Below, one piece after another: positions 11,790 through 23,269 of a stretch of 58,146 bases of DNA (the first letter of the stretch is position 1; each line of letters opens with the position of its first letter). The DNA lies in contig NW_021832106.1 of NCBI RefSeq assembly GCF_006345805.1, positions 1-58,146 of the forward strand, written 5' to 3'. A model generated the notes under the pieces. It saw nothing but the letters and a program-made list of their open reading frames with translations. It was not told the origin of the DNA and did no database searches. A program made the position numbers and the translations under genes. This DNA is from Octopus sinensis (Eukaryota).

Positions 11790-12550
11790 ATTCGTATTTT
11801 CTCCCGATACTCCTTCTCTACTATGTATTTTAATAAAGTTTTCATCTTTACGGGGGGTTCCCACTTTTCTATTCCAATGACCTGCAAGGAAAAAGAGAGT
11901 AGAGGCACGTATATCGTCTACAGCCACGGCGGAACTATTCATTGGAGACAAACCTATTCCCTCTTCGCGTACCCAGAAGATCCTTGGCGTGGTTTTCGAC
12001 TCCTTAATGACGTTCTCAAGTCACGTAGAGGAGGCCCTAGCTAAAGGTCTGCGGAAGTGGAACGTCTTGAAAGCTCTGTTAAAGAAGAGTCCCTTCCCCC
12101 TGAAAGATTGTGTCAGCAAAGTCTACCAACAAGTGATTACCCCGACGGTTAAGTATGCCTGCTCTGCCTGGAGGTTTGCTATTGCTTGTTCGAAAGCGGA
12201 ACGTTTGAACTCACTCAGAAGGAAGATTATGCTCCACACTGACACCTCAGTTGGCAGTCTTGCTTCCGAGGAGGCGACGCAGAAGAATGGACAGGGTTTC
12301 CTACGTTTCTGCAAGGAACTGGGAAACCCACTCAAGGAAAAGGTGGCACATGCAGAGGAATTTCGGTCGGTTATAAAGAAATGCACTCCAAGTGAGTTCC
12401 TCTGCAGAAGGAAGAGAAGGCTTTTCCGGATTACGGTCGGGTCATCAGAAGGTCATGTAAGGAAAGTACGGCTGTTGTTGGAGGCAGGGATCACCTAATT
12501 AGTTAGTTCTGACCTATCTTTCTCGGTGATCTTGGAGTTAATAAATAATA
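11790..12550 (+). mobile_element. 5'-truncated LINE 3' portion
   Basis: KILGVVFDSLMTFSSHVEEALAKG..VYQQVITPTVKYACSAW, a C-terminal extension ending LLEAGIT*, and a (taaa)n tail. Confidence 0.85.
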
Positions 12551-15505
12551 CAGCCACGGCGAGATTTGAGTAGAAATTTTCAACTTCTTCAGGACATTTT
12601 ATTGATATATAGCCATTGTCGGTGCATATACGTTGACAATTGTCATAAGTTTTTTTCTCAGCATTAGTTGTAAGATTGACACCCTGTCATTGATTCTCCA
12701 GGATTTGTGAATTGAATTTGCATAGCGTTTATTGATTGCAAATCCATGTCCATAATGTCTACATTCCGGTTTTAGTAGTATAATGCTATATGATCCAATA
12801 ATCTCATCGAAATCCTTGTTCAACTTAGTTTCTTGAAGACAAGCTACTGAAACTCCATAATGGGTTAGATCCTTAGTCAATTGTGTTCTTCGTAGCTCTC
12901 CAGGGTGTGTATTATACATATGTGCAAAAGAGGGACGTCACCACCTCGACCAAAATCACGATGACTATGGAAGGAGGATGTTTGATAAAAAGAGATGGCC
13001 GACAAAATTGCTACATACTTCGAGTCTTTCTTCAGAAATGACGATGAACACATATCTCAGTTTGTTGGAGATCCCCGATGTTTAACTGTTCCAATTACTA
13101 TCACTGAGATGCAAACTGCTTTGCGAAAATTGAAAAATGGTAGGAGTCCGGGCATTGATGGTATTAATGGAGAACTTTAAAATACTGACCAAACTCACTT
13201 GCTCATCAGTTATGCGACATACTAAACGGCATATTTACGACACATACCGACGTTCTAGTTGGACAAGGAGTACAGAAACCAAGGAAACCAGTTGGACCGG
13301 TAGAAAATCTCCGACCTATAATTCTCTTAACATCTCTACAAAAATTACTGTCGTTGATTGTCCTTGATAGAATATCCCCTATCGTGGACAAATTATTGTC
13401 TGTGGGACAATGTGGGTTCAGAAGAGAGAGGTCTGCGACGGATATTGTATGGACACACAGATGGATGTGTGCCATGACACAGAGGTTCAGGAAGGCGGTT
13501 CACGTACTGGGGATAGATCTATCAGGTCGTTTGACACTCTTTGCAGGGGAAAGCTTATTCAGCTATTGGAAACATTTTTGGATGAGGAAAGTTTGAGAAT
13601 GATACGTGTCCTAGTTGCTAATACTGATCTGGAAGTGTGGGTTGGCTCGGAGCACTCTCGTAAATTAAAAACACATATTGCCACTCCACAAGGTGACTCT
13701 TTATCTCCGATCTTATTCGTCATCTATCTGGAAGCTGCTCTTCATGATCTGAAAACTAAAATTGGCCCAACCACCATCATGGAATTAATATATGCGGACG
13801 ACATAGATTTTGTTTCAGAAGAAATGAATGATATCAGAATTGCACTTGACTACGCTCCTGAAGTATTTAGAAAGTGGTTTTTGAAAATGAACGAACAAAA
13901 GACTGAGTTCATTACAGTCAAGCGAGAAAGTAAAGTTACTGACGAGATATGGAAGAGATCAAGAAAAGTCGGGTCACTGCTTGGTGACTGGAAAGATGTC
14001 AATCGAAGAAAGATACTGTCAACATTAGCACTGAAGAGGCTTAAATCGACAAGCTATACCCATCTCTCAAATCCTGTAAAAGTACGTTTGTACAATGCTT
14101 TTATCCTGCCCATTTTACTATACAACTCAGGAACATGGGGGACTGAATCGGAACTGTATATAAAATCTCAATGCTTTTCAGAAAAAACAACTCAGGTCAT
14201 TATTGAAAATACACTATCCAATAAAGATCAAGAACCAAGACTTATACTCCGTTTTCAAAACAGAACAATTAGACGCAACTATCACTAAGAGTCGATGGGG
14301 ACTCTTTGGCCACATACTACGGATGGATTCCTAAGTTCCTTCCAATGACATCATGGAAACATACTTTCAATGCTCTGGGATTTCTTGAGGTAGGCCACGG
14401 ACAACACTACCACTAATTTTAAATAACGACCTTAAGCATGTCGGATTGCTACTAGAAAATACAGACGATCTAGACCAGTTGTTCTTAAGAATTTTGAGCC
14501 AGGGGCCGCAAAAATCAAATTTTTTATTTATAGGGGCCGCACATTTTTGTCAACTTAATGAAGATAAGATATTTGTTATTTCAGGTTGAACTAAAGAAAA
14601 TACATATGATTTTTGTTTTACTGTGTACATGCAATTTAGAGTTGCGTCCTATCGCCGCACATTCGTTATATCAATGAATGAAAGAATTTATAAACTAATT
14701 TGTCATATTTTCAAAATCTGGTACTTAGATGTCGAAATCCGCAACATCTGATTTAGATGGATATCCGTTAGTTCATTGCGGTATTATTTCCTAATTTTAG
14801 TATCGTTACTTAGAGGTAACTTGTGTGCAATATCGAAAACAGCGGGCGAACAACATTCCGATGCAAATATTTCGATTGCCGTTTTATATAATTCGCCATC
14901 AGAATAAGGCTTCATATTTTCAGCCAATAGGTAACTAATTTTGTATGATGCCAGGTTAATATTAGACGAATATGTCCCACTTTTGAAAGTGGATGATCGG
15001 TTTAAATAATCTTCTTTCATTTGTTTTAGTTTTTTCGTCCGAGAAACACCAGTGAATTTGTCATAAAGAATAGAGTGGGAGCGGTAGTGCCGTTCGATTG
15101 TATACGTTTTTAAAGTTACAATAATAGAATTGCATATTAGGCAAAAACCTTTCCATTGACCTCAAGAATAAAATATTTTTCTTCCCAGATGAGTTTAAAA
15201 ATCCTATTTTCCTTGGAAATTTTTCGAAAACGTTTAGAATTCGACATCACAACAACAAATAAAAAAACGTGACAAAAAATAAAATATTTATAGAAACATA
15301 AGCCCCTCAATTAAATCCTAGGGGCCGCAAATTAAATCCTAGGGGCCGCACTTGAGAACTACTGAATTAAGCAGTCTACGAAAAATCGCAATCTCAAGAA
15401 GAGCGTGAAAGTGTCTAACAGACAAAATCTTACGGGATGTGACACAGGCGACGAGAAGATTGTAACTTTCTTTCTTGTTGATGCGGATGTGCAATTAATA
15501 ATAAT
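12551..15505 (+). mobile_element. RTE-clade LINE with an inverted 5' APE segment (12551-12920 on -), interrupted by a hAT element
   Basis: APE motifs (VACLQETK, NVYAPT) on -. RT on + (LKNGRSPGIDGI, QCGFR, SFDT, PQGDSLSP, YADD, LYNSGTW). The RTE-type end LRKIAISRRA resumes at 15365. Confidence 0.85.
14476..15364 (-). mobile_element. Internally deleted Charlie/SPIN-like hAT transposon
   Basis: TIRs CAGTTGTTCTTAAG / CTTGAGAACTACTG and transposase fragment ASYKISYLLAENMKPYSDGE...LSNDT. The left flank ATCTAGAC fits the Charlie-type target; the right TSD copy is absent. Confidence 0.8.
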
Positions 15506-16133
15506 TTTCTCCCGATCATTACTTGGTAGTTATCTAATTTCTTTTGGTTATCTTTCTTGATTTTCATACAAGGTCGTTGAGAAAATTTGTATAGAAAGTT
15601 TTTAGAAAATTTTTTTGAATTCAGAATAATTTATAAAAGTCAGAATCATGTGGATTAACATAGCACGGTCTGGAATCCAAATTAGTAAATTAATTAAATT
15701 AAAGAAATATCTTATCCAGATAATATTGATTCAAGCTTCCTCCTCTTTGTTTCTCATTTGCCTCCTTCTGTCAGACTCATGGGTCGGGATACCGCGTCCG
15801 TATGCTCGACAGGTTCCACTGATGCTTTGTGTTGGCTACTTTTTTTATTCAGTCCCTCATTGATTGTTCCAACATTCATTACTGGCTGAGACAAAGGATC
15901 TTGTTCACTGATTTTTTAAAGACTTTAAAAAATAGTGGCAAGTCTCAGAATCCGTAAATTTCCACTAAAATTAGAAAATTTCCTTAAAAATTGGCAAATT
16001 TAAGAATTGGAAAATTTAAGAGTTTACTGGTATATAATTGACTAAAATGAGTACTGTTTTAGATTATATTGTATACAATTATATTGCTATTTATTAAAAT
16101 AGCACAAATAAAATATATTTAATTAATTACTCA

Positions 16134-17329
16134 ATGCTTAATTTACTCTTCTGTCAATTAATAGTCTTATTAAAATTTTCAACAGCTAGCGAGTCCTCTG
16201 ATCATTCTGAAAATAATTTTTTCGTAATTAATACGTGGGATTTTCCAGTAGCAAACGAAGAAGGTATTATTTAAATAATTCAAGACAGCTTATTTTATTC
16301 TAAAAAACGGGGGGACAGCACTCGATGCAGTAGAACAAGCATGTATTCAGTGTGAAGAAATGAAATGTGACCTCTCGGTCGGAATGGGTGGACAGTGTGA
16401 CGAATCGGGAGAGTCGACATTGGACGCCATGATAATGGACGGGTAATCTATACCTTAATAGTATTCTAGAAATACTCACAATGTAGGAGCTGTTGGTGGA
16501 ATAAAAAGAATTAAAAAATCTATTTCTGTCGCTCGATTTGTTCTTGAGCGAACTACTCATTCACTTTTGGTTGGAGAATCTGGTTGTTATCTTTTTAAAT
16601 TTAATCAGCAACGTCATTTGCGATTTCGATGGGGTTTCAACCACAAGATCTACACACTAATAGTTCCATTTACATACATAAAAAATGGGAAGAAAATAAT
16701 TGTCAACCGAATGCTTGGAAAGTTCAATTTTATAAAAATTATTTCCACAGAATGTGTATCCTGATCCATCCAAATCATGTGGGCCATATAGAAAGGCTGA
16801 TAGGCTATCACATGATCATAAAAGCGAAAATATAGACTGGAAGATCTCTGGACATGATACAATCAGCATAGTGGCCATGGATAAGAATAAGCAAATATTT
16901 GGAGCTACGTCGACAAATGGATTTAATCATAAAATTCCGGGGTTGAAAGGAATTTTTTATTGCATAGACGAGTTGGAGATTCACCTTTGCCTGGCTGTGG
17001 AGTATACGTAGACAACGAAATCGGGGGAGCAGGTGCAACAGGAGATGGGGACATTATGATGCGATTTTCGCCGAGTTTTCTTGTGGTCGAATTAATGGCT
17101 ACTGGAAACACGCCTAAAGATGCCTGTGAAATAGCCATCAAGAGAATTGCTAGATATTATCCAAGTTTTAATGGTGCCCTCTATGCAGTAACAAATGCTG
17201 GTGTTCATGGTTTATATATTTTTTATTTTAAAGTGAATAGGTGCTGCCTGTAGTGGATTTGATGGAAAATTTACATATTGGTTTAGTGACAAGAATTCTA
17301 AGGAAAAATATGAAGTTAAATGCATTTAG
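16134..17329 (+). CDS. AGA: N(4)-(beta-N-acetylglucosaminyl)-L-asparaginase (aspartylglucosaminidase); 7 exons, introns 25-31 nt
   Basis: The spliced frame is open: signal peptide, [34 protein letters not shown], autoproteolytic [30 protein letters not shown], ending VKCI*. Confidence 0.95.
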
Positions 17330-17779
17330 TTTATTTTGTTCTTGGAAATTTAACTTTTTGGAATGTTTTTTTGTTTTCTACGTATTTCATGTTCTAAGAA
17401 TGCTTTCAGTTTTTGAACAGGCTCCAATTGTGTCGAAAAGCTAAAATAGAACACTATTTAGAAGTGAGTATAAATAAAATGTTTCTTTGGCTATTTTGAC
17501 TTCAATTATATAGAGGCGTCTGTCGCATGCGCACTGGTCAGAACATCGACTTTTCAATAGAGAGTTGATTCCCCTAGGTCAGAAGGAAGGCTCTGAAAAT
17601 AAAGGCTAACACTTGTGCGTAGAATTTAGGTCAAATATCATAGCTCCAACCACGATGTCTTTGAAAATCGTTTTTTGAGAACAATTAGTGATTGTTTGTT
17701 TTCTCTCCTTCTGTGATATGTTTAAAAAATTATTTATGAATAACAAAATCGATTAGGAAAAGAGACATGCTTTTAATAA

Positions 17780-18268
17780 ACGGACTTTTAAAGTGTTTTT
17801 CAAAATCTGTTATTTGCACTCTCTATTCAAGGTCGTTCTTTATTTAATCACAAACAGTTAATTAAATAAATTAATTAGGTGAGTCCTGATCTTATACGAA
17901 TACGAAGGAATGTCCTCATCTTTTCTATGTGTTGGACTTTTGAGCTAACACAATTTCTGACCGACTGCGGAGCTGTTTTCCTTAGATATTCTTCCGGTAT
18001 TTTAAGGACCTAATCATGCAAGTCGAGGACATCTTTGTTGTTCATTTTAACCAAAATGAGAAAATATTTTTTTTGTCGGGAAAATTATAAGGACCTCATC
18101 GAGGCTATTGTTAATATGTTCGATTTTGCGTGGAGGGTTCTTGGAAAACCTCATCATTTTGGACTTGTTCCCCATTATTAGCTAATTATAAGAGAAATGA
18201 TTTTCACACTTGATCTGTATTTTGCCTATTTGAAGTTGGTGCGCAGACACACGATTTGGTTATTAAGA
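17780..18268 (-). mobile_element. Old, diverged member of the same Helitron family with an unexpanded array
   Basis: 5' end (tattaaga, then T) at 18261-18268; caccaacttcaaat motif; only 1-2 degenerate array units; matches to downstream Helitron repeats near 17790-17840. Confidence 0.7.
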
Positions 18269-18418
18269 TTGGTTAAATGTTTCTTCTACTGAATATAGAA
18301 AATCGTATTTTCTCCAATCACAGTTATGCCTATATTTCTCCAACTTTTCACAAAAATATTATGAAATGACAAATTTTTGCAGATATGCAAAAAGGCTTAG
18401 ATTTGTCTCTACTTAAAA

Positions 18419-19305
18419 CAGGGGTGTCAAACTCATTTCTTCCGCGGGCCGGATTAAAAAAATTTTAGCCTCCGCGGGCCAGACTATTTATTTTTGATTT
18501 AACAAAATTCGTACTATGATTTTTAATGTATAATTTTAATTTAAAATCATTTAACAACACATTTATTAATTTTTATAATTAAAATAGTTCCAGAAACTTG
18601 ACATCTTTTTTCTTCATAATAGCGTCAATATCTGGAGTGGAGTGAAATCCTGAGTTGCCGTCAATCTTAGAATCTCACTTAGATGAGTGTGGGTGAGCCT
18701 TGATCGAAATTTTGTTTATGTTAATTAAAGAAAAAAGTTGTTCACATAGATATGTACTTCCAAACATTGACAAGATTTTCGCAGCTAAGGTTGTTAAGTT
18801 GGGATACTTCGGCAAGAGATATTTATAAAAGGTGTCTAAGCCCACCATGGAATATTTATTCTTCAGATCTGAGTCACATTTCAAATCAATTTCTTCTCTT
18901 TTCTAATTTTTCCCATCAAATTATTGTATTCATGAGCATGATGGGTTTGGTAGTGTCGTCGAATGTTATATTCTTTGACAGAAATTTCTTGTCTACAGAC
19001 CAAACAAGTAGGTTTCCGATTTAAATCGGCAAAGAAATACTCCAGTTTCCCCTTTTTTTGAAAAGATCTGCATTCTGTGTTAACTTTGCGTTTAGTTGAA
19101 AAAGGCATCAGCACAAGACAAGAAAAACAATTAGAATAATATAAATCCAAAAACAAAATAATTTTTTTATTTTTATTTATATTCTAGATTATAGATTCTT
19201 TTATTTTTATTTGGTGTTAAATAATAATTTTAGATTTTAAATACACTTTTAAACTTTTACCGCGGGCCATTTGAGATCGTCCGCGGGCCAAAGCTGACAC
19301 CCCCG
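18419..19305 (-). mobile_element. Internally deleted hAT (GTF2IRD2/SPIN-like), 887 bp
   Basis: TIR CAGGGGTGTCAAACT / AGCTGACACCCCCG with perfect 8-bp TSD ACTTAAAA. Zinc-finger N-terminus (CLVC..KEYNIRRHYQTHH) is joined to the dimerization domain (SMFGSTYLCEQLFS). Confidence 0.95.
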
Positions 19306-19559
19306 ACTTAAAAGGATAAATCTATTTTTTAGATAATTTTTACAATAAATTCGAGTTTTTTTTCATGCAAAATTGGGCACATGCACTACGATGGAGAATC
19401 ACTTCAGTAGAATTTCTTAAAATATCAGTCTAGGTGGTTACAATAATGGACTTAAAATAATTTGAATTATATTTCAAAATCGATTTTGTCAAAATAAATA
19501 TAAAATGACAGTTTGAAAAAAATGAAAAATTTTTACGGTAAGCCAAAAAGAAATATGAG

Positions 19560-20660
19560 ACAGCACTTAGTAACGGAAAGATTAGACGAGCCGATTGCTT
19601 GGGACAATCGAGCTTCTCCAAAGTTCGTCCGCTTTTTCTGCCTGGAAACAGGGTCGAATGCTATTGATTCGGATCAATGAATATGTCGGTCACACGAGAT
19701 CGTTTCCGGAAAGTTCGATAGTTTCATCAATGGGTGCCTAGCTCCGGCGACTTCGTCTCCGCACAGCTTGGGACTAGGTTTCCTGAGTTTAACCTATAGG
19801 CTAGCTTTAGTGCCATATTTTTTCACGTTTCAGCAAGTTTTCCTGATATTGTTTCGAGTAGTACCATGCTTCCATACCATACAGTAGGCTGGGCAAAATG
19901 GTTGCGTGGAAAAGAAACAGGAAGGTTCTTGGGTTCAAGTGCATAGCTCGTTCAAAGCAGAGAGTCGCGATGGCTTTCCCTCTCTTTTTTTGACATGCAA
20001 GCAGAAACCTGAGTTAGCATCGATTTTAAGCCTCAAGTAGCGTATACAGCTAAGCCAATTAATTTCCCGGATCTATGATTTGGCGATTTTCTTGCGTTAA
20101 TTAGGAAATACGCTGATTTATCAATGGTCAGCGAGAGTCGCTTTCTGACGCACCAATCCTTTATCTTTTAATAATAATCTCCTTGATGTAACTGGAAAGT
20201 CGTTTTTCCAAGGAAATTGTGCTTATCGAGATGTAGAAGACAAAAAGAGGGTAAAGGAAACAGCTCACTACCAAATTAGAATAGAAGTGGACAGACACGG
20301 GAACCTTGTGGGACCCTTTTTCGGAGTGTGATGTTTCTTGAGCAAAAGCGTGGTTCGGAATCAAATGGCGGTTCGTGACGAAGCACAGCAAGCAGAAGAA
20401 GGCCTCTTCTGTTGACTCACAGAGTTGGATCCTCTTCAATAGGTCCCGATGTCAGTATCCGTCGAAGGCCTTTGAAATTTCTATGCGAGATAGAGTTTCT
20501 TTGAACTCCATTGCTCCCGAGGCTATGGACTGAGTCGTTAGGAAACAGTCACTCCAGCCCCGCCCGGAACAAAAACCCCATTGCTGTGGGGGAAGCACTT
20601 TCTTCTCTACGGCGAGGAAGTCAAGGCGCTTGACCATGACTTTTCCAATCAGCCTTGAGT
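19560..20660 (-). pseudogene. Degenerate LINE RT fragment
   Basis: QQWGF..GR, ISKAFD, VPQGS and FHATILPSLLYGMEAW in different frames. Confidence 0.75.
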
Positions 20661-21099
20661 TTTATTTAATCATGAACGTTTAATTAAATAAATTAATATC
20701 GTAAAGAAGGTAAGCTGTACAAACGGGGAAAACATAAAAGAAACGTTTATTCTAATATCAGATGACAATCAAACCTTATTGAGGTATAGGAAAATGTTGA
20801 ACAGAAATATAAAAAACATGCGAATGATCCGGAATTAACTAATGATTGACGAATTAGTCAAATATTACAGCAGACTAAAACTGTCATTGATTAGCTTTTA
20901 ACTTGTAATTTAATAGTAAAATGTCTATGGCCGTATGGCCATATGGATAGCAATTCTTAAACCATGCTTTCATGCACTGTTAAATGCTACAGGCTAAGAA
21001 AATCAAGTCATAAAACAAATAAGGGGTTTGGCTAAATGCCTCAGTGGTTGCATGGGGCATAAAAAGGAAACGCCTCTTTTTTAACACCAAAAAATTCAA

Positions 21100-21292
21100 T
21101 TTTTTTTTTGACTATATTTGGTATTTATTAAAAAAATATGGAAAGCCAAATTAATCAGAAATTAATCGGCCAGCAAGCCGGATGGAACAGCTGTTCCCAC
21201 GCACAACGGCCAACATGATCCTTTGGATTAGGAAAGTAAATTCCCTAGGATCCTTGGAGCGTAAAGAACAGAGGTGGCCAAGTTTCAATTGG
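21100..21292 (-). mobile_element. CRE-like RLE stub inserted in M
   Basis: SKDPREFTFLIQRIMLAVVRGNSC..*, with a T-run at 21100-21109 as the poly(A). Confidence 0.75.
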
Positions 21293-21327
21293 CATGTAAG
21301 TTCATTTTTAAACTTTAAATCAATTAT

Positions 21328-21490
21328 TCAAGAGATCGGGTCCCGCATGTCTGCTATCACAGGCGACGCCCGCAAATCGAGATGGTTTTTCGAGCGGATA
21401 TCCCTTGCGATAGTACGCTCTAATTCTTTCTCGATCGCGTCGGCTTCCCGCCCATGAAGCTTTTAATTAATTAACTTGTAATTAAATACT
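21328..21490 (+). mobile_element. CRE-like RLE stub inserted in M
   Basis: EIGSRMSAITGDARKSRWFFERISLAIVRSN..*. Confidence 0.8.
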
Positions 21491-21629
21491 TTTCATTAAA
21501 AAAAATTAAAAAAAAATTATTTAAGCTAAAAAATACAAAATTTAACCAAAAAATAACTTTATCTTAATAATAAAATGGTATGGTGTGTGTCTGTCTGTCT
21601 GTCTGTGTGTGCACACCAACTTCAAATTG

Positions 21630-23065
21630 GCAATACGATGTCCTCGACTTACATGATGAGGTCCTTAAAACCTTCCCCCCAAAAAAATTAAAAAAAATTT
21701 TTCTTTCTGCATTTTGGTTAAAATGAACAACTACAATGTCCTCGACTTACATGATGAAGTCCTTAAAACCTTCCCCCCCAAACAAATTAAAAAAAATTTT
21801 CTGCATTTTGGTTAAAATGAACAACTACAATGTCCTCGACTTACATGATGAAGTCCTTAAAACCTTCCCCCCCAAAAAAATTAAAAAAAAATTTTCTGCA
21901 TTTGGTTAAATGAACAACTACAATGTCCTCGACTTACATGATGAAGTCCTTACCTTCCTTCCCCCCAAACAAATTAAAAAAAAATTTTCTGCATTTTGGT
22001 TAAAATGAACAACTACAATGTCCTCGACTTACATGATGAAGTCCTTAAAACCTTCCCCCCAAAAAAAAATTAAAAAAAAATTTCTGCATTTTGGTCAAAA
22101 TGAACAACTACAATGTCCTCGACTTACATGATGAAGTCCTTAAAACCTTCCCCTCAAAAAAAATTAAAAAAAATTTTCTGCATTTTGGTTAAAATGAACA
22201 ACTACAATGTCCTCAACTTACATGATGAAGTCCTTAAAACCTTCCCCCCCAAACAAATTAAAAAAAAATTTTCTGCATTTTGGTTAAAATGAACAACTAC
22301 AATGTCCTCGACTTACATGATGAAGTCCTTAAAACCTTCCCCCCAAAAAAAATTAAAAAAAATTTTCTGCATTTTGGTCAAAATGAACAACTACAATGTC
22401 CTCGACTTACATGATGAAGTCCTTAAAACCTTCCCCTCAAAAAAAATTAAAAAAAAATTTTCTGCATTTTGGTTAAAATGAACAACTACAATGTCCTCGA
22501 CTTACATGATGAAGTCCTTAAAACCTTCCCCCCCAAACAAATTAAAAAAAATTTTCTGCATTTTGGTTAAAATGAACAACTACAATGTCCTCGACTTACA
22601 TGATGAAGTCCTTAAAACCTTCCCCCCAAAAAAAATTAAAAAAAAATTTTCTGCATTTTGGTTAAAATGAACAACTACAATGTCCTCGACTTACATGATG
22701 AAGTCCTTAAAACCTTCCCCTCAAAAAAAATTAAAAAAAATTTTCTGCATTTTGGTTAAAATGAACAACTACAATGTCCTCAACTTACATGATGAAGTCC
22801 TTAAAACCTTCCCCCCCAAAAAAAATTAAAAAAAAATTTTCTGCATTTTGGTTAAAATGAACAACTACAATGTCCTCAACTTACATGATGAAGTCCTTAA
22901 AACCTTCCCCCCAAAAAAAATTAAAAAAAAATTTTCTGCATTTTGGTTAAAATGAACAACTACAATGTCCTCGACTTACATGATGAAGTCCTTAAAACCT
23001 TTCCCCCAAAAAATCAAAAAATTATTTTCTGCATTTTGATTAAAATGAACAACGCGAATGTCCTC
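21630..23065 (+). repeat. 94-95 bp tandem array (about 15 units plus a variant terminal unit)
   Basis: Unit aaaatgaacaactacaatgtcctcgacttacatgatgaagtccttaaaaccttcc(c)n(a)ntt(a)nttttctgcattttggtt. Confidence 0.95.
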
Positions 23066-23269
23066 GACATTCATGATGAGGTCCATTAAAACCTTCAAGG
23101 CAAAAATCTCACGTATTAAGAATATCCTTGATGAAAACGACAGCGAGAATATTAACAATGATGAACTCCCAATTATTCGCGATAAAGAAATTCAATTCAT
23201 CCTATGTTTTTCTCTTTAAAATTAAATGCATATATCATTATCGACCATGAATCAAAATTAAAGCTATTA

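Larger units (their letters stand above)
20700..21561 (+). repeat. Family M copy, host of the large nest; resumes at 30515 to about 30600
   Basis: The pre-insertion sequence aaataacttta|ttaacc is rebuilt across Helitron A and matches the copy at 3451-3510. Confidence 0.8.

Noticed and set aside
14468-15372. 8-bp TSD for the hAT in the RTE element
   Set aside because: Left ATCTAGAC and right AATTAAGC do not match, so the element is supported only by TIRs and coding motifs.
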